Source: a virus (lineage: Duplodnaviria > Caudoviricetes). From it: DNA of 59,159 bases. The number at the start of each line of letters is the position of its first letter. Position 1 is the stretch's first letter. Shown in pieces: positions 8,206 through 18,148 of the stretch. Location of the stretch: positions 1 to 59,159 of IMG/VR virus record IMGVR_UViG_3300044506_000022, one strand, 5' to 3'. The notes below the pieces were generated by a model that was given only the letters and a program-made list of their open reading frames with translations, had not been told where the DNA came from and did not search any database. The position numbers were made by a program, and so were the translations under genes.

Positions 8206-9477
8206 CTAAGCAGTAACTATGTTTCTCTTAAACTTAGATTCTTCTACACACATTTCTGGAAGATTAGCTCTTACAAGTGCATCTGCAAATGGTGGTGGAA
8301 CTGCATTTCCACATCTAGCTATTTGTTTTGATTTTGGATACATTTTTCCGTTGTAATCACGATCTATAATGTAATTCGGAGGGAATCCTTGACCTACGAA
8401 TAATTCTTCTGGTTGTAGCATCCTTAAACCAATATCTATTATTTTGTAATTTTGGCTCTTTACGGTAACTAAACCAAACCTATCCTTAGTTGTAATGGTG
8501 TGTAACGGTTCATCAACACTTTGTCCAAATCCTTGACCATAGTATTTAGTTAGAAATGCTGTTACTAAAGCAAACCTATTTCCTCCTGCAGTTATCGTAT
8601 GAAGAGGTGAATCAAGCGATAGTCCTCTAACTTCATTAGAAGATGTTTCAGTATAATAACTGGTTAAAAACGCTGCTTTTTCTTGTCCAGGGATAATAAA
8701 AGGCGTTGGATTATTTATGACGAACTTTTCAATCCCTTTATTGATTCTTCTGAGCGTGTTAGGTGATAGATCCTTTTTACGATTAAATATAGAAGGTGTT
8801 TCTATGCTCCAATCAATTATTTCGCTCGATGTTTTCCAAGGAAGTAACTTGCCTGCTTGAACTTCTAAGCTGTTAGGATCTCCATGCGTAGGTTTTGGCC
8901 ACACAATCTGTCTACCGTCACAACGAGCAACCATGAAAAATCTTTTTCTTATCGTCGGAGCCCCATAATCACATGCTCGTAACTCTTTGAATTGAACTTC
9001 ATATCCAAGTGATTCTAATGCTTTAACGAATGATTGAAACGTTTTTCCTTTTTGATTATCATCTGGATACCCATCTTCCGTTAATGGTCCCCATGTTTTA
9101 AATTCCTCAACATTCTCAAGCATGATTACTCTTGGCTTAACAGCAATTGCCCATTTAACAGCTATCCAAGCAAGACCTCTTATTTTCTTTTCAACAGGCT
9201 TTCCACCTTTTGCTTTACTAAAATGTTTACAGTCTGGGCTGAACCAAGCTAAACCGACTTTTCTCCCCTTAACTGCTTTAACAGGATCTACATCCCAAAC
9301 TGATTCACAATAATGTTCTGTATCCGGGTGATTTACTTTGTGCATAGCGATGGCATCAGGATCATGATTAATTGCAATATCTACTGATAGCCCAGTTGCC
9401 ATTTCTATACCAGTTGAAGCTCCGCCACCGCCCGCGAAATTATCTACTATGATTTCTCTGAATAGGTCTAGCTGCAT
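8206..9477 (-). CDS. DNA (cytosine-5)-methyltransferase, orphan
   Basis: FAGGGG (I), SPDC (IV), ENV (VI), R.RFF (VIII), GNAVP (X); no cognate REase nearby. Confidence 0.93.
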   Translation of the reverse strand: MQLDLFREIIVDNFAGGGGASTGIEMATGLSVDIAINHDPDAIAMHKVNHPDTEHYCESVWDVDPVKAVKGRKVGLAWFSPDCKHFSKAKGGKPVEKKIRGLAWIAVKWAIAVKPRVIMLENVEEFKTWGPLTEDGYPDDNQKGKTFQSFVKALESLGYEVQFKELRACDYGAPTIRKRFFMVARCDGRQIVWPKPTHGDPNSLEVQAGKLLPWKTSSEIIDWSIETPSIFNRKKDLSPNTLRRINKGIEKFVINNPTPFIIPGQEKAAFLTSYYTETSSNEVRGLSLDSPLHTITAGGNRFALVTAFLTKYYGQGFGQSVDEPLHTITTKDRFGLVTVKSQNYKIIDIGLRMLQPEELFVGQGFPPNYIIDRDYNGKMYPKSKQIARCGNAVPPPFADALVRANLPEMCVEESKFKRNIVTA

Positions 9478-9525
9478 TAGTGATTCACCTCATTTTGGCT
9501 ATATATAAATTTTTTATTTTACCTT

Positions 9526-9555
9526 GTCATACTTTTAAAGCTTGTCCCATACACT
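9526..9555 (+). promoter_or_regulatory. Sigma-E-like promoter, antisense to the DnaC-like gene
   Basis: GTCATA-N16-CATACACT in an ~80-bp intergenic gap. Confidence 0.55.
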
Positions 9556-9558
9556 TTA

Positions 9559-10392
9559 TTAAGATTGATTTTCTTCCAGATACTTTTTCAATCTACCCTT
9601 AGCGATTTCTCGTCGGAAAGAAGTCGCTTTGTTCTCAACTGTTAAACTTGTTTCAACTAAACGATCATATGAACGAGGCCCAATCTGATTTGACAATTCC
9701 AATGGTTTAAGATTAGAAGTATAAAAGATTGGTAGTCCTTTTCGATAACGACCATCAATGATATTGAACATAACTTCTTGCACCCAATCACTTAATTTCT
9801 CGGCTCCTATATCATCAAGAACGAGTAAGTCACATTCTAACAATGCTTTCATAATCTGTTGTTCTGATTCTTTATTATCTTTATTGAATGTACCCTTTAT
9901 CCGTCTCAATAACTCTGGTACACTTTGGAAAACAACTGAATATCCTTTGCTTTCTAAAGCATTAGTTACAGCTGCAGCAAGATGTGACTTTCCGTTTCCG
10001 TATGTTCCCCAAATCAATAAGCAATCTTGTTTCCAGTTTGGATATTCTTCGATGTACTTTTTAGTAGCATTAAACGCTTGTTCTGAGCCTTCTCTCACGT
10101 TGTAAGTATGTAATGTTGACTCTGCGAACTTTTCTCCTAAACTACTAATAGAAAATAACTTTTTAATTTCCATTCGTTGATGATGTGTTTCAGCTTGTCT
10201 AATACGCTCTCTTTCTATTTCATTAACGCATTTACAAACTGGCTGCACCCAATTATCAATATTTAAAAGAGGAATTTCTACTTTCATTTTAGGAATGAAT
10301 GTACCGCAATGCTCACAAGTCTTTCCTTCTTGGTTTTCATCACAAGCCGATGTATTCATCAGTTGGGTAATTGTACTTGTCAGCCCCTCCAT
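9559..10392 (-). CDS. DnaC/IstB-like helicase loader ATPase
   Basis: N-terminal CEHC..CKC, Walker A GTYGNGKS, Walker B LLVLDDIG, TSN, DRL. Confidence 0.92.
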   Translation of the reverse strand: MEGLTSTITQLMNTSACDENQEGKTCEHCGTFIPKMKVEIPLLNIDNWVQPVCKCVNEIERERIRQAETHHQRMEIKKLFSISSLGEKFAESTLHTYNVREGSEQAFNATKKYIEEYPNWKQDCLLIWGTYGNGKSHLAAAVTNALESKGYSVVFQSVPELLRRIKGTFNKDNKESEQQIMKALLECDLLVLDDIGAEKLSDWVQEVMFNIIDGRYRKGLPIFYTSNLKPLELSNQIGPRSYDRLVETSLTVENKATSFRREIAKGRLKKYLEENQS

Positions 10393-11047
10393 TTCGATTC
10401 CCACCTTTTTTAGTTATTTCATGACCTTCTAAATAACACTCATTGTTTAGAAATGTACTAGCATGTTTAATGAATTTAACTTCTGTACCTTCATGCTTGA
10501 TTAATGCTGCATATCGTTTTGTACCGTTTACGATCTCTTCTAAACTATGTTTCTTTAATGCTCGTAGAAATGATGTACTAGCTTTCTTCTTATCTACTTT
10601 TCTTGGGTACTCTGACCAGAATGATTCAAATTGCGAATGTAAATGAGCATTATCTTTTTTTGTATTGGTAATTGTATTGTTAATAACTGTATTATTATCC
10701 TCGGTGTTTTCGCCTATAGGGGTGTAGTTGTTTTCACCTATACCCTCTAGTTGTTTTCGCCTATACCCTCTAGTTGTGATAATGCGTTTTTCAACTTGTT
10801 TTGTACCTTCTTTATAAATTAAGCTCACTTCTGCATATCCTTTATGTGATAAGCTCGATATGATTTTAGAAACACGATCCTTGCTTATATTAAAGAACTT
10901 TGCGAAATGTTCATTCGTTGCAAAGCATTCGTTACTTTGGGATAAACTATCTATTTCAGCTAATAAGAATTTTTCTGTCCACCCTAAATCATCAGATAAC
11001 CAAATCTCTTTAGGAATCCAAATACCTTTAAACGACCGTTCCATCAA
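10340..11047 (-). CDS. Phage replication initiator protein
   Basis: N-terminal wHTH, C-terminal FESFWSEYPRKVDK...HASTFLN domain; internal iterons; precedes the helicase loader. Confidence 0.88.
   Translation of the reverse strand: MMERSFKGIWIPKEIWLSDDLGWTEKFLLAEIDSLSQSNECFATNEHFAKFFNISKDRVSKIISSLSHKGYAEVSLIYKEGTKQVEKRIITTRGYRRKQLEGIGENNYTPIGENTEDNNTVINNTITNTKKDNAHLHSQFESFWSEYPRKVDKKKASTSFLRALKKHSLEEIVNGTKRYAALIKHEGTEVKFIKHASTFLNNECYLEGHEITKKGGNRNGGADKYNYPTDEYIGL
10650..10777. repeat. Putative origin: iterons plus AT-rich tract inside the initiator gene
   Basis: tgttttcRcctata at 10705, 10729, 10752; cctataccctctagttgt at 10737 and 10760; AT-rich 10650-10700. Confidence 0.75.
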
Positions 11048-11069
11048 TCCACCACCCTAGCAATACTCT

Positions 11070-11549
11070 TCAATCAATTCTTTTTAATAAGTATTTTCCT
11101 GCGTGCTTATTTACTCCACTTAAAATTTGACTAATTCTGCTTTTACTAAACCCTAATCTATTCGCTGCTTCAGATTGAGAATTAAAAATAAATACTTCTC
11201 CTGTATCTAAATTATTAGCTATGATTGGTTTTTTAGGTGTACCACCTTTTGTTCGTGCTTTTAAATTTATTGTCAGAGGTACTAATTCGAGATTTTCATA
11301 ACTATTGTCCGTTTTTATTTCGTTTATGTGATTTACAGTCATCCCTATGCATTTATTTCCCCAACGCTTTACTGCGAAAATTTGATGTTGATATACTGTT
11401 TTTCCTTTTAACCTGGCACTAGGATAACCACTACCAGCAAAAGAATTTTTTACATTTCTATTTAAAATAACTCCATTTTCTAAATCAATATCTAACAAGT
11501 GAAGACGTTCGTTAATGTAGGTAAAAGTACTTTCACTCATTCCGCTCAT
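11070..11549 (-). CDS. HNH homing endonuclease with NUMOD1-like domain
   Basis: HQI...VNHINEIKTDN..ENLE and F.SQSEAANRLG motifs. Confidence 0.85.
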   Translation of the reverse strand: MSGMSESTFTYINERLHLLDIDLENGVILNRNVKNSFAGSGYPSARLKGKTVYQHQIFAVKRWGNKCIGMTVNHINEIKTDNSYENLELVPLTINLKARTKGGTPKKPIIANNLDTGEVFIFNSQSEAANRLGFSKSRISQILSGVNKHAGKYLLKRID

Positions 11550-11797
11550 TTATTTACCTCAACTTTGCGCATTTTTGTTTTGTATATAGTATTTTCGCTA
11601 ACTTCACCGAATCGGTTGTATGCTCGTTTATCGGTTTGTTTAAGGCCTTTTTCTTTGTAAGTCCATATTTTATGTAAAGTGCTCTCTGGTTGAATTGGAC
11701 AAATGCACTCATATCCTCGTTTTTCTAAGTCCTGAACTGCTCTGACTAGCTCAATCTTACTTTTTCGTTGGACTGGAAATTCAAACAAATTCATCAC
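11546..11797 (-). CDS. Hypothetical phage protein
   Basis: ORF with aggtga RBS. Confidence 0.65.
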   Translation of the reverse strand: MMNLFEFPVQRKSKIELVRAVQDLEKRGYECICPIQPESTLHKIWTYKEKGLKQTDKRAYNRFGEVSENTIYKTKMRKVEVNK

Positions 11798-11874
11798 CTG
11801 CTTGTCCGATATAGGTTTTGAAAAGGAGCTCCGATTATGGAGCTAGTGTCGTATAATGACCGAACTGCGACACA

Positions 11875-12165
11875 TTATGTTTCTTGGAAATATCCAATTT
11901 CTTTATAAATCTCGTATATCTCATTGAAATTTTTAGCGTTTAAAAGTAACTCAATTTCATCTGTACCAATAAAATATTTAACTGGTTCAACATCTTGAAA
12001 ATTTCTTTTATAACCATGTAGTATTACACTTCCGTCTTTGCAACCCTCAGTATCAGTCATAGTTAAATTACCATCTATACCGATTAAAGCTCTTATTACA
12101 TCTACTCGTTTTGTTTTATTTTCATGAGCAATTCTGTTTTGTAGATTTTCTCTCATATTAACCAT
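11875..12165 (-). CDS. Hypothetical protein
   Basis: ORF. Confidence 0.65.
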   Translation of the reverse strand: MVNMRENLQNRIAHENKTKRVDVIRALIGIDGNLTMTDTEGCKDGSVILHGYKRNFQDVEPVKYFIGTDEIELLLNAKNFNEIYEIYKEIGYFQET

Positions 12166-12215
12166 TCCTCTCTGTTACTTCATTTATCAGTGTTCCATTA
12201 CCGTAATGTGTCACA

Positions 12216-12461
12216 CTATATTAATTCTTCTCGTTTAAATTTAAACGCTTCTTCACCTCTAAAAGAGTAATTGTAATCATAATGGTTGCCACATTTATAA
12301 CAGTACAACCATCCCCAACCTTGCTCTTGTAAACCACTATTTTGTTTTCTTTTCTTAGAAAGTCTGCCATCTTTATTTATTTTGTACTCAACTTCTACTA
12401 CTGCATTTACTTGTAAAACTAATTCTTCTCCACAATCACAAATAGGTTTTTGATAAGTCAT
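12216..12461 (-). CDS. Zn-ribbon hypothetical protein
   Basis: CDCG...CYKCG. Confidence 0.65.
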   Translation of the reverse strand: MTYQKPICDCGEELVLQVNAVVEVEYKINKDGRLSKKRKQNSGLQEQGWGWLYCYKCGNHYDYNYSFRGEEAFKFKREELI

Positions 12462-12500
12462 TCTATCACCTCATGTTGTTGCATAGTTTTTACCAACTGT

Positions 12501-12824
12501 TCACCAGTGTCCGTTACGTTTCATTACATCGATGATTTCATCAATGTACGGTTCATCAACGTTTATAATGATGTAACTGTTATAAGGCTTTTTACCGTCT
12601 TTCTCTCTGCCGAAATGGATACTTGTTTGCACATCGTCAATCGCTTCGAACATATTTTCAACTTGCTCAGTTGTTCCGTACTTCTGTATATCTTTCATAT
12701 TTAATATGGTATATCTTCTTTCGCTTCCCTCTAATACAGTCCCATCAAAAGCACTTTCCTTATTTAGATTTTTTGATAAAATCTTTTTAACTTCTTCATT
12801 TACCCTTCTGTGGCTAGAATTCAT
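12501..12824 (-). CDS. Hypothetical phage protein
   Basis: ORF with RBS. Confidence 0.65.
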   Translation of the reverse strand: MNSSHRRVNEEVKKILSKNLNKESAFDGTVLEGSERRYTILNMKDIQKYGTTEQVENMFEAIDDVQTSIHFGREKDGKKPYNSYIIINVDEPYIDEIIDVMKRNGHW

Positions 12825-12853
12825 TTATCAAACACTCCCTTAGTTCATCTGAA

Positions 12854-13060
12854 TTAAACTCGCAAAATCGTACACATCACATAATAAATAACCAAATAAT
12901 AGATCCATGCCGTTCTCTTTTTCTGCTTTTTAGTCAGCATTTCATAAGTAACTAAGATTATTAAGATTGCACCAGTTAAATTGATAATTAAGCTGTTGAT
13001 TGACCTTACATTATGCGCCCTATCAGAGCCCCATTTAAGGAGCTCATAGATAGTATTCAT
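12854..13060 (-). CDS. Small membrane protein
   Basis: Two hydrophobic segments. Confidence 0.45.
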   Translation of the reverse strand: MNTIYELLKWGSDRAHNVRSINSLIINLTGAILIILVTYEMLTKKQKKRTAWIYYLVIYYVMCTILRV

Positions 13061-13343
13061 ACGAAACTACTTCTCGCTTATCTAAATCAGATAAATCGAT
13101 TTCTTTTGTTTTCAATATCTCGATGAATTTGTCTTTTATTTGTTGGTAACGTTCTTCTGTTAATCTATCTACATAAAAATCCGAATTGAAAATTTGTTCT
13201 TTATAATTTTCTTTGCTTTTTCTTACTCTAAAACGGACACTATTAACATGACCTGAGAAATCAACCATTGTGCAATATTCCGTTTTCTCATTGATTAGAG
13301 TTGCCAACATCATTAATTCAGCTACTTTTTGAAAGTTATCCAT
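13044..13343 (-). CDS. Hypothetical protein
   Basis: ORF with aggaggt RBS. Confidence 0.7.
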   Translation of the reverse strand: MDNFQKVAELMMLATLINEKTEYCTMVDFSGHVNSVRFRVRKSKENYKEQIFNSDFYVDRLTEERYQQIKDKFIEILKTKEIDLSDLDKREVVSYEYYL

Positions 13344-13375
13344 TTGGTACCTCCTAATTAATAAGACTTTTAATT

Positions 13376-14077
13376 CTATGGAACATAAACTAACTTTCCA
13401 GTAAGCTCTGTTATTTCTCTTTTAAACAAGTCAGCGTTACTATTGTTGTCACTGAGATGTAGTAACCATATTTCTTGCACCTTACTTAAATCATTTGCTC
13501 TAAAAAAGTCTTTTACGTTTTCTAAGTTGAAATGTGATCTAAGTAACCGATTTTTCATTGATGGCGGGACGATTCCGTTTCTGATGTTTTCGTTGAGTAT
13601 TTCTAATGAATAATTAGTCTCGACCATGATATGTGTAAGGCCTTTAAACTGGTATTTAATGTAATAAGTATCTGTAGCAAAAAGGAGTTTATCTCCTGCA
13701 TCATTTGTTAGTAAGAATCCTAAAGGTTCAGAAACATCGTGCATTATGTCGAAAGGTAATATGGTCCATGTGCCCATGTTGAATTGCTTCTTTGATTGAA
13801 TGTGTTTCACACGATGACCAGTTGCTTTAATTGCATCTGCTGTCCCTTTTGACATGTAACAAGTTATTCCGGCTCTCATTACTTCATTAACTGACTTACT
13901 GTGATCTCCATGCTCGTGACTTACTAAGCAACCTGCTATGTTTGAAGTTTGAAAGTTAAGCTTCCGTTGAATATCTTTGAATTTAATCCCTGCTTCTATG
14001 AGCAAAGGAGTCTTGCCATCAGTAATGTGATAGCAATTCCCTTTACTACTAGAAGCTAAGGCTGTTATCTCAATCAA
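13376..14077 (-). CDS. Metallo-beta-lactamase-fold hydrolase (probable recombination nuclease)
   Basis: ASSSKGNCY, SHEHGDH, HD, TDT, LHLS motifs; next to RecT. Confidence 0.9.
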   Translation of the reverse strand: MIEITALASSSKGNCYHITDGKTPLLIEAGIKFKDIQRKLNFQTSNIAGCLVSHEHGDHSKSVNEVMRAGITCYMSKGTADAIKATGHRVKHIQSKKQFNMGTWTILPFDIMHDVSEPLGFLLTNDAGDKLLFATDTYYIKYQFKGLTHIMVETNYSLEILNENIRNGIVPPSMKNRLLRSHFNLENVKDFFRANDLSKVQEIWLLHLSDNNSNADLFKREITELTGKLVYVP

Positions 14078-14982
14078 AACCCTGGACCACCTACATCGAC
14101 TACTTCTGGTTGTTTTGGTTGAGTATCCTCGATGATTTCTGCATCTTGAGATTGATCTATGTTTTCTTCGTTTACTTGAAACTCAACATCTATAATTTCT
14201 TTGTTGGCATTTTCCCCAACCTCTTCTGCTAATTGAGCCTCAGCTGTAACGTCATCTTGACGATTGATATGATCGAACACTAGGCTTCCATCATCACTAC
14301 TATTTAGGAATTTTTTACATGCCCGATTAATAACTGTTTTCTTTGCCATTTCCTGTCTGAACTCTTCGTGCGTAGTGCCTTTTTGTTCTACTTCTTTTTC
14401 TTTATCCCAAAATTGAGCTTTGCTCCATGCCTTTCTAAGTTCATCAATTGTCATCAATTCTGTATAAATTGAGTTATCTTCTAAAATGATTGTGCAATAA
14501 GAACCTAGAATCTTATCTTTATTGATGTTTCCAAACTTTTGTTTGTGAGTTAAATTAGTAATTTTTCCGTTAATCATTTCATAATCAACTTCATCGCCTT
14601 CATAGATAACCGCAGCATCGATACTCTTTGCGCCAGATACTCTCTTAGTGACTGCCATTGTTCCGAAATAGGATCGTTGGAAGGTTAACTGACTACCGTA
14701 AACGATAAAGTACCCTTGTTTTTTTGCAGGATTTAAACCTTGAACCACCATATCTAGTAAGCTATTTGCAATACTATCTTTCGTACAAACTTCTAAAGCA
14801 GGTTTGTATCCGTTATTCTTACCTGTTTTAATACCTTGTAGGATTAACCAAGCACTTTTCATTGCATTCTCTGGACTATAGTTAGTAGGGAAATGAATCT
14901 CCCCATTTTCTTGAAACTCTTTAACCTTGGCAGCTACTACATCCACCGTATCTTTTTTAACTAAAGCTAATTGATTGCTCAT
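14074..14982 (-). CDS. recT: RecT-family ssDNA annealing recombinase
   Basis: QGLNPAKKQGYFIVYG, QRSYFG, EMAKKTVINRACK. Confidence 0.9.
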   Translation of the reverse strand: MSNQLALVKKDTVDVVAAKVKEFQENGEIHFPTNYSPENAMKSAWLILQGIKTGKNNGYKPALEVCTKDSIANSLLDMVVQGLNPAKKQGYFIVYGSQLTFQRSYFGTMAVTKRVSGAKSIDAAVIYEGDEVDYEMINGKITNLTHKQKFGNINKDKILGSYCTIILEDNSIYTELMTIDELRKAWSKAQFWDKEKEVEQKGTTHEEFRQEMAKKTVINRACKKFLNSSDDGSLVFDHINRQDDVTAEAQLAEEVGENANKEIIDVEFQVNEENIDQSQDAEIIEDTQPKQPEVVDVGGPGF

Positions 14983-15227
14983 TCTTCTTCCTCCTCGTTC
15001 TCATAAACAAATTTGACTTTCTTTCCTTTGTGCTCTTTTAAAAAGTTTTCTAAAAGGCTTGCGAATCTAGAAGCACCTACAATATCACGTTCCAGAGTTG
15101 CATCTTCTGGACATTCATAAAGTGGGTAAGTGCTAATATGTTCTTCATCATTGATATATAACTTTTCACGACTAGCTCCATCGGAGTTATAACCAGTGAC
15201 AACTTTAACTGTTACGATTTCATTCAT
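14979..15227 (-). CDS. Hypothetical protein
   Basis: ORF coupled by ATGA overlaps on both sides. Confidence 0.65.
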   Translation of the reverse strand: MNEIVTVKVVTGYNSDGASREKLYINDEEHISTYPLYECPEDATLERDIVGASRFASLLENFLKEHKGKKVKFVYENEEEEE

Positions 15228-17224
15228 ACAATTACCTCACAATCGACTGTTATTAATGAATCATCTATTTGTTCAACTCTTAATTGCTTATCTGGTTCAC
15301 TAACAACTAGCGTGATGATTTGTGATTTTGTATCAATCAATTTAGTGACAGCTTCTGAATTATCAATCCATATCGGAGCAAGAAAACCGTAGTGATCAGA
15401 TAAAGTATTGATAATATCCAAACCGACATTTATTTTTGCTGCGTTATTCAATCCAGAACTGTAAGAAACTCCTTGGAACAACGTTTCGCATGTTTCAGTA
15501 AGCCCTCCATTGATTTGTTCTGAGAATAATTTAAAGTGAGCATGTTTAAATCGATTGTTAATCTTCTGTTCCAATAGCTGCACTTTGTTTCTGATAAACT
15601 CTTCTGTAAGGAATAACTCACCTTCTAATTTTTCATATTCAGCAGACAGTTCTCTTTCTTCTACTTCTAGTTCAGCGATACGTGTTTTCGCTTTTTCAAC
15701 TTGATCAATAGTTCCTAACTGGCTGTTTAATGACTGTAAGTCTGATTGTAATTTTGCAATTTCACTTCTGATTGAACTAATAGAAGTTTCAACAGATGTT
15801 TGTAACGTGTGAATATCTTGTTTGATGCCAGCTATTTCTTTTTGTTTGTCAATGTACTCTGGTTCTGTTTCAACATTTGAAATACCAGTTTTTGTTTGTT
15901 CAATATCAGCAAGAAGATTTTCGAATTCTGATTGTTTATGTTTGCTATTTTCATTGATTAAATTTGATTCTTCCGTTAGTTTGGTGATTTGGTGATTGTA
16001 TTCATCGATTACTGATTTTTCTCTTTTACCTTGACTAGCAATTTCTTCAAGTTGGTTTGATTTTTTCAAATTAAAGTCAGCCAACGCTTTTTCTTTTGCT
16101 GCTTCTACTTTTTCTGCAGGTAATGATTGACCACAGCTAGGACAGCTTTCTTCTCCAGTAAATTCAAATGTTTTATTGTTCTTTTCATGCCACTCTGTTC
16201 TTAATCGATCAGCGATGTTAGTTAATCGAGCAATACCTTGTTTTAATGAATCTATTTCACGTGTCTTAGAAGTGAAATCATTTTTCAAACTATCTAACTC
16301 ATTTTTCTTTTGATAATATTCAGTTTTCTTAGCGCTTAATAATTCATCAGATTTCATTTGATGTTGGTTTTTGATTTGAATTAAATCGCCTTCTAACTCG
16401 CGTAATTTCTTTTGTTTTTCAGCTACTTCGCCACCTGAGTTAATGCGACTGATTTGTTCGTTTTTTTCGTTCATTTGAGATTGTATAAACCCTATTTCAG
16501 TGTTTAATGTTTTTTCATCAAGTCCATTTGTATCTGGTAAGTTACGGTTAATTTCATCAATACGAACCGGTATTTTATCAAGTTCTTTATTAATAAGAGA
16601 ACGTCTTGAATTAATAACCTTACGGTGATCTTCAATACTTCGACCATTTAATATTCCTGGTAGCCTTGAAAGATTTTGATTAGAAGCAATAACCTCTTCT
16701 GTTGAAACATCACCACATATTTCAAGTAAGATACTTCTTCTTTTTTCCCAATGCAGCTGTTCATTAAAGTAACTTGGATTAGTAAGTAATTTGAAAATAT
16801 CTTCATCTACGATTTCAGCGACTTTATCTGTGTACTCTTTTTTCTTGCATGGAACATCATCAATGAAATACTTAGTTTCGTGTCCAGTGAATTGTTTTTC
16901 AGCAGAACCACGTTGTTTAGTCCATTTTTCAGTAAAGACCTTTTTAAGGGATAATTTACGACCATCTAAACTAAAGACACCTTCTACTTCATGCTCTAAT
17001 CCATGAATCACTTTTCCAGATGGAGAAACTGTTTTAATTTGAAAATCCTTTTTGTTTTGGCTGTCTTTATCAAACAAAAGGTAAATGAAAGAATCGAACA
17101 AAGTTGTTTTGCCAGTAGCGTTATCACCGAACACCTTCACATTTCTGCATGATGCATCTAAAGCGAATGATTTAACACCTTTGAAATTTTTCAATATTAA
17201 TTTATCTAAAGTAATTTGTTTCAT
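15224..17224 (-). CDS. SbcC/Rad50-like AAA ATPase with coiled coil and zinc hook
   Basis: LKNFKG, GDNATGKTT, CPSCGQ hook, IWIDNSE. Confidence 0.88.
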   Translation of the reverse strand: MKQITLDKLILKNFKGVKSFALDASCRNVKVFGDNATGKTTLFDSFIYLLFDKDSQNKKDFQIKTVSPSGKVIHGLEHEVEGVFSLDGRKLSLKKVFTEKWTKQRGSAEKQFTGHETKYFIDDVPCKKKEYTDKVAEIVDEDIFKLLTNPSYFNEQLHWEKRRSILLEICGDVSTEEVIASNQNLSRLPGILNGRSIEDHRKVINSRRSLINKELDKIPVRIDEINRNLPDTNGLDEKTLNTEIGFIQSQMNEKNEQISRINSGGEVAEKQKKLRELEGDLIQIKNQHQMKSDELLSAKKTEYYQKKNELDSLKNDFTSKTREIDSLKQGIARLTNIADRLRTEWHEKNNKTFEFTGEESCPSCGQSLPAEKVEAAKEKALADFNLKKSNQLEEIASQGKREKSVIDEYNHQITKLTEESNLINENSKHKQSEFENLLADIEQTKTGISNVETEPEYIDKQKEIAGIKQDIHTLQTSVETSISSIRSEIAKLQSDLQSLNSQLGTIDQVEKAKTRIAELEVEERELSAEYEKLEGELFLTEEFIRNKVQLLEQKINNRFKHAHFKLFSEQINGGLTETCETLFQGVSYSSGLNNAAKINVGLDIINTLSDHYGFLAPIWIDNSEAVTKLIDTKSQIITLVVSEPDKQLRVEQIDDSLITVDCEVIV

Positions 17225-17237
17225 GATTTTCCTCCTA

Positions 17238-17322
17238 TTGATGAAATTTTTATATTGGGGTAAACTAACCGTATAATGTTTTGTAATGCCTTTGTCTCCT
17301 GCTGCTAACAGGAGGCATTTTT
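17238..17322 (+). ncRNA. Candidate ~50-nt counter-oriented small RNA (sigma-A promoter plus terminator)
   Basis: TTGATG-N17-TAAACT (17238-17266), then hairpin tgtctcctg-N7-caggaggca plus TTTTT (17293-17322). Confidence 0.45.
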
Positions 17323-17629
17323 ATTTACATAAAGGAATTTCTTCTGCAATGAACCTTGCACTAAGTTCATTTAAAATTGCTATTTTTAACCCTTGATGGT
17401 GTATCATTTCATGAACAACAAAGTCTGGTTTGAATTTAGTAATGATGTTTACTTTGTTCTCATCTTTAAAATGAATTAAATGGCAAAATCCAATCGAACT
17501 AACAATTTCGTAGGCTGTAACGCTATTCGATTTTTTAAACAATATATTGCTTTTGATTACTGCATCATCTGCCAAGAAATCATAAAATTCATTTTTAACT
17601 AGAATTGGTAATTCCTCGTAATTCATCAT
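17321..17629 (-). CDS. Hypothetical protein
   Basis: ORF. Confidence 0.6.
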   Translation of the reverse strand: MMNYEELPILVKNEFYDFLADDAVIKSNILFKKSNSVTAYEIVSSIGFCHLIHFKDENKVNIITKFKPDFVVHEMIHHQGLKIAILNELSARFIAEEIPLCK

Positions 17630-17796
17630 CGATACTCCTTTAAGGCTTTCGCCAAGATTCGCATTGCTTCTTCTGAATCTGCTTCATTTAAACATTCCAT
17701 AGCATTTTCAGCTTGTGAGTAAAAATCTTCTAGTTTGTTTTCTACTTCTTGGACCTTATCTTCTAAGCTTTCAACTTCTGCTTGGTAGTAAGGCAT
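17626..17796 (-). CDS. Hypothetical acidic protein, 56 aa, absent from ORF track
   Basis: MPYYQAEVESLEDKVQ...KALKEYR; coupled to the next ORF. Confidence 0.6.
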   Translation of the reverse strand: MPYYQAEVESLEDKVQEVENKLEDFYSQAENAMECLNEADSEEAMRILAKALKEYR

Positions 17797-17809
17797 TCCA
17801 TCTTCCCCT

Positions 17810-17980
17810 TTAATCTATATTTATCAGGACACTTACTGGACCTTCTACTCGCTTAACTATTCCGCATTTATCGGTGATTTTAATTTCATTTTCATTTCCA
17901 AAAAGTAGTTCTGTTACACCTTCTCTTTTTGCTAATTCCTCATGTAAGTCTTTAGTTGAATAATCTGATAATGTTCTCAC
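17810..17980 (-). CDS. BC1881-like small phage protein, 56 aa, absent from ORF track
   Basis: STKDLHEELAKREGV...GPVSVLINID; GTG start with ggagg RBS. Confidence 0.65.
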   Translation of the reverse strand: MRTLSDYSTKDLHEELAKREGVTELLFGNENEIKITDKCGIVKRVEGPVSVLINID

Positions 17981-18148
17981 TCTTCTTCCTCCCCAGTAAT
18001 GAATAACTTACAAAAACCTCGTCTGACTGACTTTGATGAGAAAACTAATGTTATGCCGATACCAGTTGCTAATCCGTATGCAAATACGATTAACATATAT
18101 GGAAGCATTGTTTTCTCTCCTTTTTTATTTTTTAACAGTACTGTGACA

